This document shows, piece by piece, positions 24,808-33,228 of a stretch of DNA of 64,000 nt (position 1 is its first letter; each line of letters begins with the position of its first letter). Below the pieces are notes generated by a model that worked only from the letters and a program-made list of their open reading frames with translations, was not told where the DNA came from and did no database searches. A program made the translations under genes and the position numbers. The stretch is from Limisphaerales bacterium. Its GTDB lineage: Bacteria; Verrucomicrobiota; Verrucomicrobiia; Limisphaerales; JAKEEH01. The stretch spans positions 4,664 to 68,663 of the forward strand of contig JAKEEH010000149.1 in assembly GCA_022616725.1 (NCBI GenBank), in the 5' to 3' direction.

Positions 24808-25051
24808 CGCTGATATCGCCCGAATCACAGAAGTGTAGCGGGCGGGGCAGGGCCTCGGCGCTTCACTACGTCATTCCTTCGCTTCCCTTGCGGCCTTCTG
24901 TGAGAGTTCCCTCCCAATCCGGCGGCCGTTGCCGTAATTGTAAATGCCTTATCAGGGGCCACTGTACAAACCCATCCAGCGCAGATCTGGAAACCGCGGA
25001 GCGCGACCTTATTTGCCGCCCCAGCCGGCGTCCCGCTGCCCGTTCAACGAT

Positions 25052-26209
25052 TCAACGATTTGACGATTCAACGATTTGCCCCGTCACCTTCTCCAATTGC
25101 GACGCGACCTGGAGCACGCCTTCCAGCAGGGTCTTCCAATCGGCTTCAGTGGTTTCCCAACCCGCGCTGAACCGGAGGACACGGCCAGCTTCCGCGGGAC
25201 TATAGCCCATTGCAGCGAGGACGTGTGAAGGTTGTTCTTTGCCACTGGCGCAGGCGGAACCGGTTGAAACGGCGTAGCCATGGCGATCCATCTTGACGAC
25301 CCATCGCTGCTGGCAATCGGCCTGAGGCATGACCACAGAAACGGTATTCCAGAGGCGTTCCTGGTTTTCGCCCACAATTGTTACGCCGGAGAGATGGGAG
25401 AGGAGTTGACGCTCGAATTGTTTGCGCCAGCCCAGGCGCACACGCTGCTCATTGAGAGCAAGGCTATGTTCCCTGGCTTCGAGAGCGGCCAGCATCGCCG
25501 CGACCCCGGCTACATTCTCGGTCCCGGGCCGGCGTCCCTCTTCCTGACGCCCCCCAAAGAGCAATGAATGAAATTTCCCATTGACCTTCAGGAAGCCGAT
25601 GCCTTTGGGTCCACCAAACTTGTGCGCGCACCCGCTGACGAATTCGCAGGCGCCGAGACTGCGCGCCGGCATCTTGCCGAGCCATTGGGCGGCGTCGCAG
25701 AACACAGGAACATTCCATTCACGGCAGAAATCGAGCACGTGCTGCCACGGCTGGAGGACGCCCGTTTCGTTGTTCGCGGCCATCACTGCCACGAGGCCGG
25801 GCGGCTCTTTGGGAAGTTCCTCGTGCAACCAGTCGATATCAATGACACCACTGCGATCCACGGGGATGAGCCGGAACCGGTCCTCAAAATAATGCGCGGT
25901 TGCGTTGAGGACACACGGATGTTCAATCGCGGAGATCCACACTTCAGCCCCGCCGGGCAGCGCTCGGGCAAGGTGGTGCAGGACCATGTTGTTCGATTCG
26001 GTCGCGCCGGAAGTCCAAACGATGTCCAGCGGATCGCAACCAAGATAGTTGGCCAACTTTACGCGCGCGGTTTGCAGGAGCATATCGGCGCGTGACCCGA
26101 TGCGGTGCGGACTGGAGGGATTGCCGACATACTTCTCCACCGCCTCCAGCCACGCCTCGCGCGCCTGGGGCAGGAGCGGAGTCGTCGCGTTATGATCGAA
26201 ATAGAGCAT
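25052..26209 (-). CDS. Cysteine desulfurase (class V aminotransferase, NifS/IscS-like)
   Basis: 385 aa. MLYFDHNATTP..., SGATESNN, SGCAHKFGGPKGIGFL (PLP-Lys), STGSACASG (active-site Cys loop). The last 8 codons and the stop lie inside the 8-bp repeat array 25042..25078. Confidence 0.9.
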   Translation of the reverse strand: MLYFDHNATTPLLPQAREAWLEAVEKYVGNPSSPHRIGSRADMLLQTARVKLANYLGCDPLDIVWTSGATESNNMVLHHLARALPGGAEVWISAIEHPCVLNATAHYFEDRFRLIPVDRSGVIDIDWLHEELPKEPPGLVAVMAANNETGVLQPWQHVLDFCREWNVPVFCDAAQWLGKMPARSLGACEFVSGCAHKFGGPKGIGFLKVNGKFHSLLFGGRQEEGRRPGTENVAGVAAMLAALEAREHSLALNEQRVRLGWRKQFERQLLSHLSGVTIVGENQERLWNTVSVVMPQADCQQRWVVKMDRHGYAVSTGSACASGKEQPSHVLAAMGYSPAEAGRVLRFSAGWETTEADWKTLLEGVLQVASQLEKVTGQIVESSNR

Positions 26210-26360
26210 CGCCCGAATTTACGCCGAAATTGGAAAAACGCAAAATCGCGAATCGTGGGAGCGAGCGCCACAAAAGCTTTGAACAGCAGATCAACAGCAT
26301 TTATCGGCGGCTCAGGAAGCGAAGAATCAGACCCGGAACGTCCGAGCGTCACAGGAGCTC

Positions 26361-28388
26361 TTACTGGCGCTGCGTCATCAGCCTTGGCAGCGATTTTTCA
26401 TGATCGGTGAGCTCAAATAATACTAGAGTGTCGGACCGGTGTAAAATCGGGCTTTGCTGTAACAATCTTTCCAGCGCTTCGCGGGCATAGGTGCTGTAAG
26501 CGTCGATTTTCCCATAAAGAGGAAATCGTGCGTTCCACGCGGCGGGCAAATCTTTCACGCCGGCGCTCACATGCCGGTTGTTGTTCATCAGTACGTAACG
26601 AACACCCCAAGCTCGAAGGAAGTGCGCTAATTCCTGAGGCGGGGCGCCGGCAGGAAACTGCAATAATGGGTTGACCAGACCGGGTTCTGTGACCGTGAGG
26701 ATACGATTGCGAGAAAAGTCCAACTGAAACGGAGCAACGACCCACGCTAAAAGCGGTTCCCCGCGAACTGTATGAGCCTGTATCTCGCGCCATCGTTCCG
26801 AAACGGGGCGGCTGAAAACATAATGATTGTGATCCAGATAGCCCTGGTCAAATGGGAAGGCGAGCTGATTGCGAGCCTGCACCAATTGTTCGACTCGCCT
26901 GAGAGTGACAGGTGCAAACGCAACGATCACTGTCACGAGGAGCGCCGCCGGCGCCCATTGACGGGCTCGTAACCGAAGGTCCAGCCGTTGCGGCGGCAAG
27001 GGGGCATCTGCGTCTACTGCCACTTTCGCGACCCGACGTTGTAAGATCGCCGCCACAGATGTGACTACGAGCGGAAATACCGCCAAAAAAATCGGACATG
27101 TGTAACGAACTCCGGTCGGGCCGTCGAACAGGTGAACGTTAATTAGAAATGCTGGGAACGCTGCCGCTGCGGCGGGCAAGGTTGCGAGCAGCCATGAGGC
27201 ATCACCCAGACAAGCCCGTCTCCGAAAGAGCAAGCCTAAGCCCACCAGGCCAGTCGCGCCAAGCAAAGCACCAAGGAACGTGTAGTTGATCTGATTCCCC
27301 CCATAAAGGAGTTCTCGAGTCGACCATAGGCTTCCGATGTCCCTGGCCCAAATCGACGGATAGCGGGCCGCGAGCGGATTAGTTGAATTGTTCAACTCCG
27401 GCCCGGTGCCATAGGTCGTCAACAACACAACGAGCCACGGCAGCAACGTCGTTAAGAGGATCACGGCAATCGAACAACCCAGCCGCATAACTTGGGCGGG
27501 CCGAGCAATCGACAAAAGCGCCGCCAGGAAAACAGCCACATACAAGCTCGCAAAAAAACCGAGCGTCGTTTTCAACGCGATGAGGCTCGCCGCGAACAAG
27601 CCCAAAGGAACGGCGCATTTCCATAAATCCGGACTGCCATCCGACTGCAAGGCCTTTACAAGGAACGATGATGCCCACAATAATCCGGCTATCATGGCCG
27701 TTCCCGAATAGAGCGGTGAGACGTTCACACACTGCGGATTGACCGAGACGAACGTCGCCACGGCCAGCAAGGCAAGGCCGCACCCCAGATTTAATTGACG
27801 CGCGGCGGCCACAATCATCAAGGTGGTGAGACCAAAGCAAAAGACTGCATCGAATCCGTTGACATGCGTAATGGGAAGCCGGAGCAACACAAAACCTTGA
27901 AAATACGACTGCGCGCCAAATCCATCCGGACCGAATCCATCCATCGGATTGCCAGCCAGCGTTCCTGTCCCGAGCATGCGCACAGGACGCACCAGGTAAG
28001 TCATGAAATCGTCGGCGATATTAAATGCGGCGCTGGGCATCGTGAGCCAACACAAGCAGCCCGTCAGCAGCAAGGCTGTCAAAACCGGGGCCAACTGCCG
28101 CCAGGAGAAGCCCGCAACCCACGCAGAAAAGCAAACAGATCCCGAACGGACCGACTTTAGGCCGAAAATGGCTGCCAATAACAAACCACCCAAAACCAAA
28201 CTGTAGAGTGAAGGTCGCGTCGCCGCCTGAACTGCGTTTAAGATACCTCCGAAAAAGGCGAGCACCGCGAGTCCCAACATCATGTCAAACACTGCCGGTA
28301 TCTGCGTGCGACCGTAGCAATACCGCCTCAGGAGCGTGCCCCAGCCGTAACACACAACGCCAAATGCAAGAATGAAAATGAAAGCCAT
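26361..28388 (-). CDS. Large polytopic membrane protein (675 aa) with soluble C-terminal domain
   Basis: More than 12 hydrophobic segments span residues 1-470, followed by a hydrophilic domain of about 200 aa. The architecture resembles ArnT/GT-C-like enzymes, but I could not identify a diagnostic motif. Confidence 0.65.
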   Translation of the reverse strand: MAFIFILAFGVVCYGWGTLLRRYCYGRTQIPAVFDMMLGLAVLAFFGGILNAVQAATRPSLYSLVLGGLLLAAIFGLKSVRSGSVCFSAWVAGFSWRQLAPVLTALLLTGCLCWLTMPSAAFNIADDFMTYLVRPVRMLGTGTLAGNPMDGFGPDGFGAQSYFQGFVLLRLPITHVNGFDAVFCFGLTTLMIVAAARQLNLGCGLALLAVATFVSVNPQCVNVSPLYSGTAMIAGLLWASSFLVKALQSDGSPDLWKCAVPLGLFAASLIALKTTLGFFASLYVAVFLAALLSIARPAQVMRLGCSIAVILLTTLLPWLVVLLTTYGTGPELNNSTNPLAARYPSIWARDIGSLWSTRELLYGGNQINYTFLGALLGATGLVGLGLLFRRRACLGDASWLLATLPAAAAAFPAFLINVHLFDGPTGVRYTCPIFLAVFPLVVTSVAAILQRRVAKVAVDADAPLPPQRLDLRLRARQWAPAALLVTVIVAFAPVTLRRVEQLVQARNQLAFPFDQGYLDHNHYVFSRPVSERWREIQAHTVRGEPLLAWVVAPFQLDFSRNRILTVTEPGLVNPLLQFPAGAPPQELAHFLRAWGVRYVLMNNNRHVSAGVKDLPAAWNARFPLYGKIDAYSTYAREALERLLQQSPILHRSDTLVLFELTDHEKSLPRLMTQRQ

Positions 28389-28527
28389 ATAGACCCGGTC
28401 TCAATGCAGCTCGCGGCAGCACGTTTGGCAAAGCACGAAAGCTGCCAGAAGGCTTCAGGCGCGCCTTTTTAGCTCGTGCCATACCCAAGCTTGCTATTCC
28501 GACCGACGCTCCGCCATGTTTCTCTAA

Positions 28528-29715
28528 ATGTCAGTGGCGTTGAACAGTGACGCGCTTCCCGCAACGGCAAAGTCACCGCAGCCTAACGGCAACGGGGCTG
28601 AGTTCGCCGACGTCGTTCGGCGTCCGCACACAGGCGCCTTTCAACTGATCCGCGAAGTCCTGCAACACGGCGGACCAGGCTATCTGCAGTTCGCCATCAC
28701 AAACATCTGCAACGCGAAATGCGATTTTTGCGGGTTTGCCGTGGATCGGTTTGATCCCAAACAGCGCCGCAGCGTCACACTGCAAGAAGCCAAGGACGTC
28801 ATCGACATCGCGAAGCGCAATCACATCGGGTACTTGCTTTTTGTCGGGGGCGAACCGCTCGTGCACAAGGACCTTCGCGCGATGGTGCGCTACGCCGCCG
28901 AATCGGGCATTCACCCGATGATCTGCACCAATGGCTCGCTCTGGACGGACCAGAACATGCGCCATCTCGCGCGCGACGGGTTGAGCAGCGTCATCATGTC
29001 CATCGACTCGCACGATGTGGCGCGCCATGAGAAGAACCGCGGCCTTCCCGACGTATGCCGCAAGATCAAGCACGCCAACGAAGTCTTTGCTGAACTCGGG
29101 ATCCAGACGACGGCCAGCGTCACCGCCAGCAAGTTGATCGACGATTATGACAAACTGCCCGCGTTCCTCACGGAGTTGGGTTTTCGCAGTTGCACTTTCA
29201 GCTATCCGCTGACCAGCCTGGCTTCGAGCTATCTCAGCTTCAGCGACTCAAGCCTCGTCAGCTACAAAACCGAGGAACTGATCCAGGTTTTCGAGAAGAT
29301 CAAGCAGATGAAACGCCGGAGCGGCTTTCCGGTCGTGAACCCGACGGAGTCGCTCTCCGAGATGCAACGGCACTTGCGCAAGGAACCGGAGAAGTTCGGG
29401 TGCCTCGGCGGACACAAGTACTTCTACCTTGACTGGAACTTGAATCTTTATCGGTGCCATTTTTGGGAAACCCCGATGTGCAGCATCTATGAGTTCGACC
29501 AATCGAAGCTCATTCGCGACGGCTGTACCCGCTGTATGATCGACTGCTACCGCGATCCCAGCGTTCTCCAGTTCGTGGCTGTTAACGCCAGCGACGCGTG
29601 GCAGGACTTAAAACGGGGCCGCATCATTTCCGCCGCCCGGCGTGTGTTCGATTCGCGTAATCTCACGTCGTTAAAGGCCGTTTGGGAAGACCGGAAGTGG
29701 ATCGGTAAAGTGTAG
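28528..29715 (+). CDS. Radical SAM enzyme with Cys-rich C-terminal (SPASM/twitch-like) region
   Basis: 395 aa. ITNICNAKCDFCGF is the CxxxCxxC radical SAM cluster motif, with GGEPL downstream. The C-terminal cysteines are in GCLGG...YRCHF...MCSIY...GCTRCMIDCYRD. Confidence 0.85.
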   Translation: MSVALNSDALPATAKSPQPNGNGAEFADVVRRPHTGAFQLIREVLQHGGPGYLQFAITNICNAKCDFCGFAVDRFDPKQRRSVTLQEAKDVIDIAKRNHIGYLLFVGGEPLVHKDLRAMVRYAAESGIHPMICTNGSLWTDQNMRHLARDGLSSVIMSIDSHDVARHEKNRGLPDVCRKIKHANEVFAELGIQTTASVTASKLIDDYDKLPAFLTELGFRSCTFSYPLTSLASSYLSFSDSSLVSYKTEELIQVFEKIKQMKRRSGFPVVNPTESLSEMQRHLRKEPEKFGCLGGHKYFYLDWNLNLYRCHFWETPMCSIYEFDQSKLIRDGCTRCMIDCYRDPSVLQFVAVNASDAWQDLKRGRIISAARRVFDSRNLTSLKAVWEDRKWIGKV

Positions 29716-29999
29716 CTGACGCAGGAAGCGGTTTTCAGGGCGGCATTCAGTCCCTCCTCCGACTCGTTGTAAGGACTTCGGTCGAGCGCCGACTGACTGA
29801 CGCAATGCGCAAATCAAATGCCTTTCTGGATGTGGTGGTGAAGCAGTTCGTGGCGACACCGCGCATTTCGGCAGGCGGGGCGGAGTTTCACGCACTCGGT
29901 GGGGTGCGCTATCCCCAGCGCGCCGCAGGGGATTCTGCCAGGGAAGATTGGACTGAGCACTGCGCGAACGAGCCGTTTTCTCCCTGCGGCGAAGCTCGA

Positions 30000-30989
30000 A
30001 TGCTTTGGACGCTCGGTGCGCGACTCGCCGCATGTTTGCTGGCCTTGTGGCTGTCGTTGCCCGGGCAGGCGGCAGTCCACGAAGTAGGCGGCGTCGGTCT
30101 AACTGTGGGTGATTTGCCGCGACAGATTGAGTTTTACACGAACGTTCTTGGATTTGAACTTGTCAAGCAAACCGAAACCGATCCGGGCACTTCCGCCGAT
30201 TTGTTCCAGGTGCCGCGCAATCGCGCCAAAGTCGCAGAATTACGCCTCGGCAACGAGCGCATTACGTTGACAGCTCATTCGCGCATTGGCCGGCCAATCC
30301 CGCCCGACTCACGCAGCCACGACCACTGGTTTCAACACATCGCTATTGTCGTCCGCGACATGGATGAGGCGTATGCGCACTTGCGCCGCCACAACATCAA
30401 GCACGTTTCCACCGCCCCGCAGACGTTGCCGGAGTGGAACCCGAACGCGGGCGGGATCAAGGCATTTTACTTCCGCGACCCGGAGGATCATGTTTTGGAA
30501 GTCATCTGGTTCCCGCCGGGCAAAGGCGATCCGAAGTGGCAGAAGCCAACTCGCCGGCTTTTCCTGGGGATTGACCATACAGCCATCGTCGTGTCCGACA
30601 CGGAGCGGAGCCTGCGGTTTTACCGGGATGAACTGGGAATGCGCCTTGTCGGGCACAGCGAGAACTACGGTGTCGAGCAAGAGCATCTCAACCAGGTTTT
30701 CGGCGCGCGCCTGCGCATCACCGCGCTGCGTGCCGAGTGTGGTCCCGGGATCGAGTTCCTGGAATACATTGCCCCACCCGGCGGACGCCCGCTCCATTCC
30801 GATGCGCAGGCGAACGACCTCCTCTTCTGGACAACCGAATTGCTGGCGGACTCGACTGAGTATCGCGAGGCGAAGCGGTTGACTCCACGCCTCGTGGACA
30901 CCCTGGGCGGACGCGTCGCGATACTCAGGGATCGGGATGGACATGCGTTGCGCGTGCGAGCAACGAACACAGCCCTTTCTTCAAGATAG
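30000..30989 (+). CDS. Secreted VOC (glyoxalase/bleomycin resistance/dioxygenase) family protein, two tandem VOC modules
   Basis: Track ORF 29805..30989, with the start chosen at ATG 30000 (MLWTLGARLAACLLALWLSLPGQA signal peptide). It has two beta-alpha-beta-beta-beta modules (GLTVGDLPRQIEFYTNVLGFEL; IDHTAIVVSDTERSLRFYRDELGMRL). Confidence 0.8.
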   Translation: MLWTLGARLAACLLALWLSLPGQAAVHEVGGVGLTVGDLPRQIEFYTNVLGFELVKQTETDPGTSADLFQVPRNRAKVAELRLGNERITLTAHSRIGRPIPPDSRSHDHWFQHIAIVVRDMDEAYAHLRRHNIKHVSTAPQTLPEWNPNAGGIKAFYFRDPEDHVLEVIWFPPGKGDPKWQKPTRRLFLGIDHTAIVVSDTERSLRFYRDELGMRLVGHSENYGVEQEHLNQVFGARLRITALRAECGPGIEFLEYIAPPGGRPLHSDAQANDLLFWTTELLADSTEYREAKRLTPRLVDTLGGRVAILRDRDGHALRVRATNTALSSR

Positions 30990-31010
30990 AGCGAAACAAA
31001 TGAACAACCC

Positions 31011-31925
31011 ATGAGAACCACAACACTACTGATATTCACCACACTGACATTGGCCGGCAGTCTTCTGGCCGACCATGCGCCAGGGCATAGAGTCCTCGTG
31101 CTGAAAAATAAGCAAGGCGCGGCGATTCTCGGCTACGACGCGGTCGCTTACTTCACTGATAACAAAGCCGTGAAGGGTAATCCGAAATTCCAATCGCGAT
31201 ACGAGGGCGCCAATTATTACTTTGTCTCCGCCGAGCACAAAACCTTCTTCGACGCCAATCCTGCCAAATACGTTCCGGCTTACGGCGGCTACTGCGGCTA
31301 CGCCGCGAGCATTGACCGGCTGTCGCCGATCAGCCCCGAGTGGTTTCAGATCATCGACGGCCGGCTGATCCTGCAACACAACAAGAAGGCTTATGACAAG
31401 TTCAACGCCGACCTGAAAGGAAACATCATGAAAGCAGACCACTACTGGCCCGGGCTGGTTGTGCGAAATGGTACCGGCGGCAAAACCCTTGTGTTCACGA
31501 ATAAGAGGGGCGTGGCGCTCGAAGGTTATGACCCGGTCACCTACTTCGCCAACGGCCAGCCTGCCAAAGGCGACCCGAAAATCGAAGCCACCTACAACGG
31601 TGCGCTCTATCATTTCATTTCCCAGGAGAACCGCGAGACTTTTGAGAAAAGCCCGTCCAAATACGCTCCGGCTTACGGTGGCTACTGCGGTTACGCGGCC
31701 AGCATCGGCAAGGTTCGTCCGGCCAATCCGCTGCTCTGGTCCATTGTGGATGGACAGCTCATCGTGCAACACACCACCGGCGCCGTGGACCTTTGGAATA
31801 AGGATGTCAATGGTAATAAAGCCAAAGCCGACGCCCATTGGCCGAGGCTTGTCGAACTGAAGGCCGGCAAGAAAAACCCCATCGACAGCCTTCTCGGAAA
31901 ATCCGTCCTGGCGAACGCTCAATAA
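31011..31925 (+). CDS. Tandem YHS-domain protein
   Basis: 304 aa with a signal peptide. Two modules of about 140 aa are clearly homologous, each with GYD.V.YF....KG.P......Y.G..Y.F.S.E....F...P.KY.PAYGGYCGYAASI. Confidence 0.8.
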   Translation: MRTTTLLIFTTLTLAGSLLADHAPGHRVLVLKNKQGAAILGYDAVAYFTDNKAVKGNPKFQSRYEGANYYFVSAEHKTFFDANPAKYVPAYGGYCGYAASIDRLSPISPEWFQIIDGRLILQHNKKAYDKFNADLKGNIMKADHYWPGLVVRNGTGGKTLVFTNKRGVALEGYDPVTYFANGQPAKGDPKIEATYNGALYHFISQENRETFEKSPSKYAPAYGGYCGYAASIGKVRPANPLLWSIVDGQLIVQHTTGAVDLWNKDVNGNKAKADAHWPRLVELKAGKKNPIDSLLGKSVLANAQ

Positions 31926-31945
31926 CAAACAACCTCGAACGCTCT

Positions 31946-32446
31946 ATGAAAACATCCACCAAACACGCTTTGCTCGCACTTCTGCTCTCAACGACCGCCA
32001 GTCTGGCCGGTGAGACCGTTGCTGCCAAACACGTCCTCACCGCCGAAGGCGCGAAGAACGCCGGTGAAGCCGCCGCATCTTACGCGCGAGCCAATGGCGC
32101 GCCCGGCGGGGCTATTGCGGTGGTCGATGATGCGGGTCACCTGCTCTATTTCGTGCGGCTTGAGGGGACATTTGCCGCCAGCGCGAATGTCTCGATTGGG
32201 AAAGCGCGCACGAGCGCCACATTCCGAAAACCGACCAGCGACTTTGAAAATATCGTCAACAAAGGCCGGTTTACCATGACGGCGTTGCCCGATTTCACTC
32301 CGCTGCAGGGCGGCGTGCCCATTTTGCATGATGGCCACGTCGTGGGCGCCATCGGCGTCAGCGGCGCGAAAAGCGCCCAGCAGGATGAGGAAATCGCGAA
32401 GGCCGGCGCGGCGGCAATCGGGTCGGCGAAAACCGCGAGCAGGTGA
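31946..32446 (+). CDS. GlcG/HbpS-like (DUF336) heme-binding protein
   Basis: Start at ATG 31946 (MKTSTKHALLALLLSTTASLAG signal peptide). GGAIAVVDDAGHLLYFVRLEG...SIGKARTSATF...GGVPILHDGHVVGAIGVSGAKSAQQDEEIA is the DUF336 signature. Confidence 0.8.
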   Translation: MKTSTKHALLALLLSTTASLAGETVAAKHVLTAEGAKNAGEAAASYARANGAPGGAIAVVDDAGHLLYFVRLEGTFAASANVSIGKARTSATFRKPTSDFENIVNKGRFTMTALPDFTPLQGGVPILHDGHVVGAIGVSGAKSAQQDEEIAKAGAAAIGSAKTASR

Positions 32447-32472
32447 CTCGTCGCTTGCCGTGAGCATCTCTC

Positions 32473-33228
32473 GTGGACTTTTTCGTGGACCAGGTCAACC
32501 AGCTCATCTCTACCATCGTTGCCAGGCGCCGGGAAGTTCCGGCGCAGCGAGCCGTGCTGGTGGGCATCAGTGGCATCGATGCCAGCGGCAAAGGCTTTCT
32601 GACCGCAAAGACGGTCGCTCGCCTGCAAATGCAAGGCGTGAACGCAGCAGCGATCGGGGTAGATGGCTGGTTGAACCTGCCCCACGTGCGCTTCAATCGC
32701 GACAATCCGGCAGCGCACTTCTACGAACACGCGCTGCGGTTGGATGAAATGTTCGACAGACTCGTGCTCCCCTTGCGAGACCGTCGGTCGATCAGCCTGG
32801 AGATGGACTATGCAGAGGAGACGGCAACCGAATATCGACGTCACCGCTACGAACTGCAGGACCTCGATGTGGCCGTCGTCGAAGGCATTTTCCTGTTCAA
32901 ACGCCGGTATTGGCGCCAATTCGATCTGTCCTGTTGGCTGGACTGTTCCTTCGAAACGGCGTTGGACCGGGCGATTCAGCGCGGCCAGGAGGGATTGCCG
33001 CCCGCTGAGACGGCGCGCGCCTTCGAAACGATCTACTTCCCCGCTCAACGAATCCACTTCGATCGGGACAGCCCGCGTGATTCTGCCGATCTCATCATCG
33101 GAAACGACGAGCGGCTCGCGCAACGCGCGCCGCCGCTGTTGATCGAACGTGAATCCCGAATCGGAAAAGGCGTGGCGCACGATACTGGACACACTATATT
33201 CGGCAAATGCAACGTCGTAAGATTATGA
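32473..33228 (+). CDS. Uridine kinase/phosphoribulokinase-like P-loop protein with atypical Walker A
   Basis: 251 aa with a GTG start. VLVGISGIDASGKGFL has a Walker A ending in GKG rather than GK[ST]. Downstream is VVVEGIFLF. The overall layout resembles the uridine kinase family. Confidence 0.5.
   Translation: MDFFVDQVNQLISTIVARRREVPAQRAVLVGISGIDASGKGFLTAKTVARLQMQGVNAAAIGVDGWLNLPHVRFNRDNPAAHFYEHALRLDEMFDRLVLPLRDRRSISLEMDYAEETATEYRRHRYELQDLDVAVVEGIFLFKRRYWRQFDLSCWLDCSFETALDRAIQRGQEGLPPAETARAFETIYFPAQRIHFDRDSPRDSADLIIGNDERLAQRAPPLLIERESRIGKGVAHDTGHTIFGKCNVVRL

Noticed and set aside
22140-25080. Repeat-rich region as a CRISPR array
   Set aside because: The repeats are either about 190-260 bp or 8-bp microsatellite-like units. 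There is no 25-40-bp repeat/spacer alternation and no cas genes.
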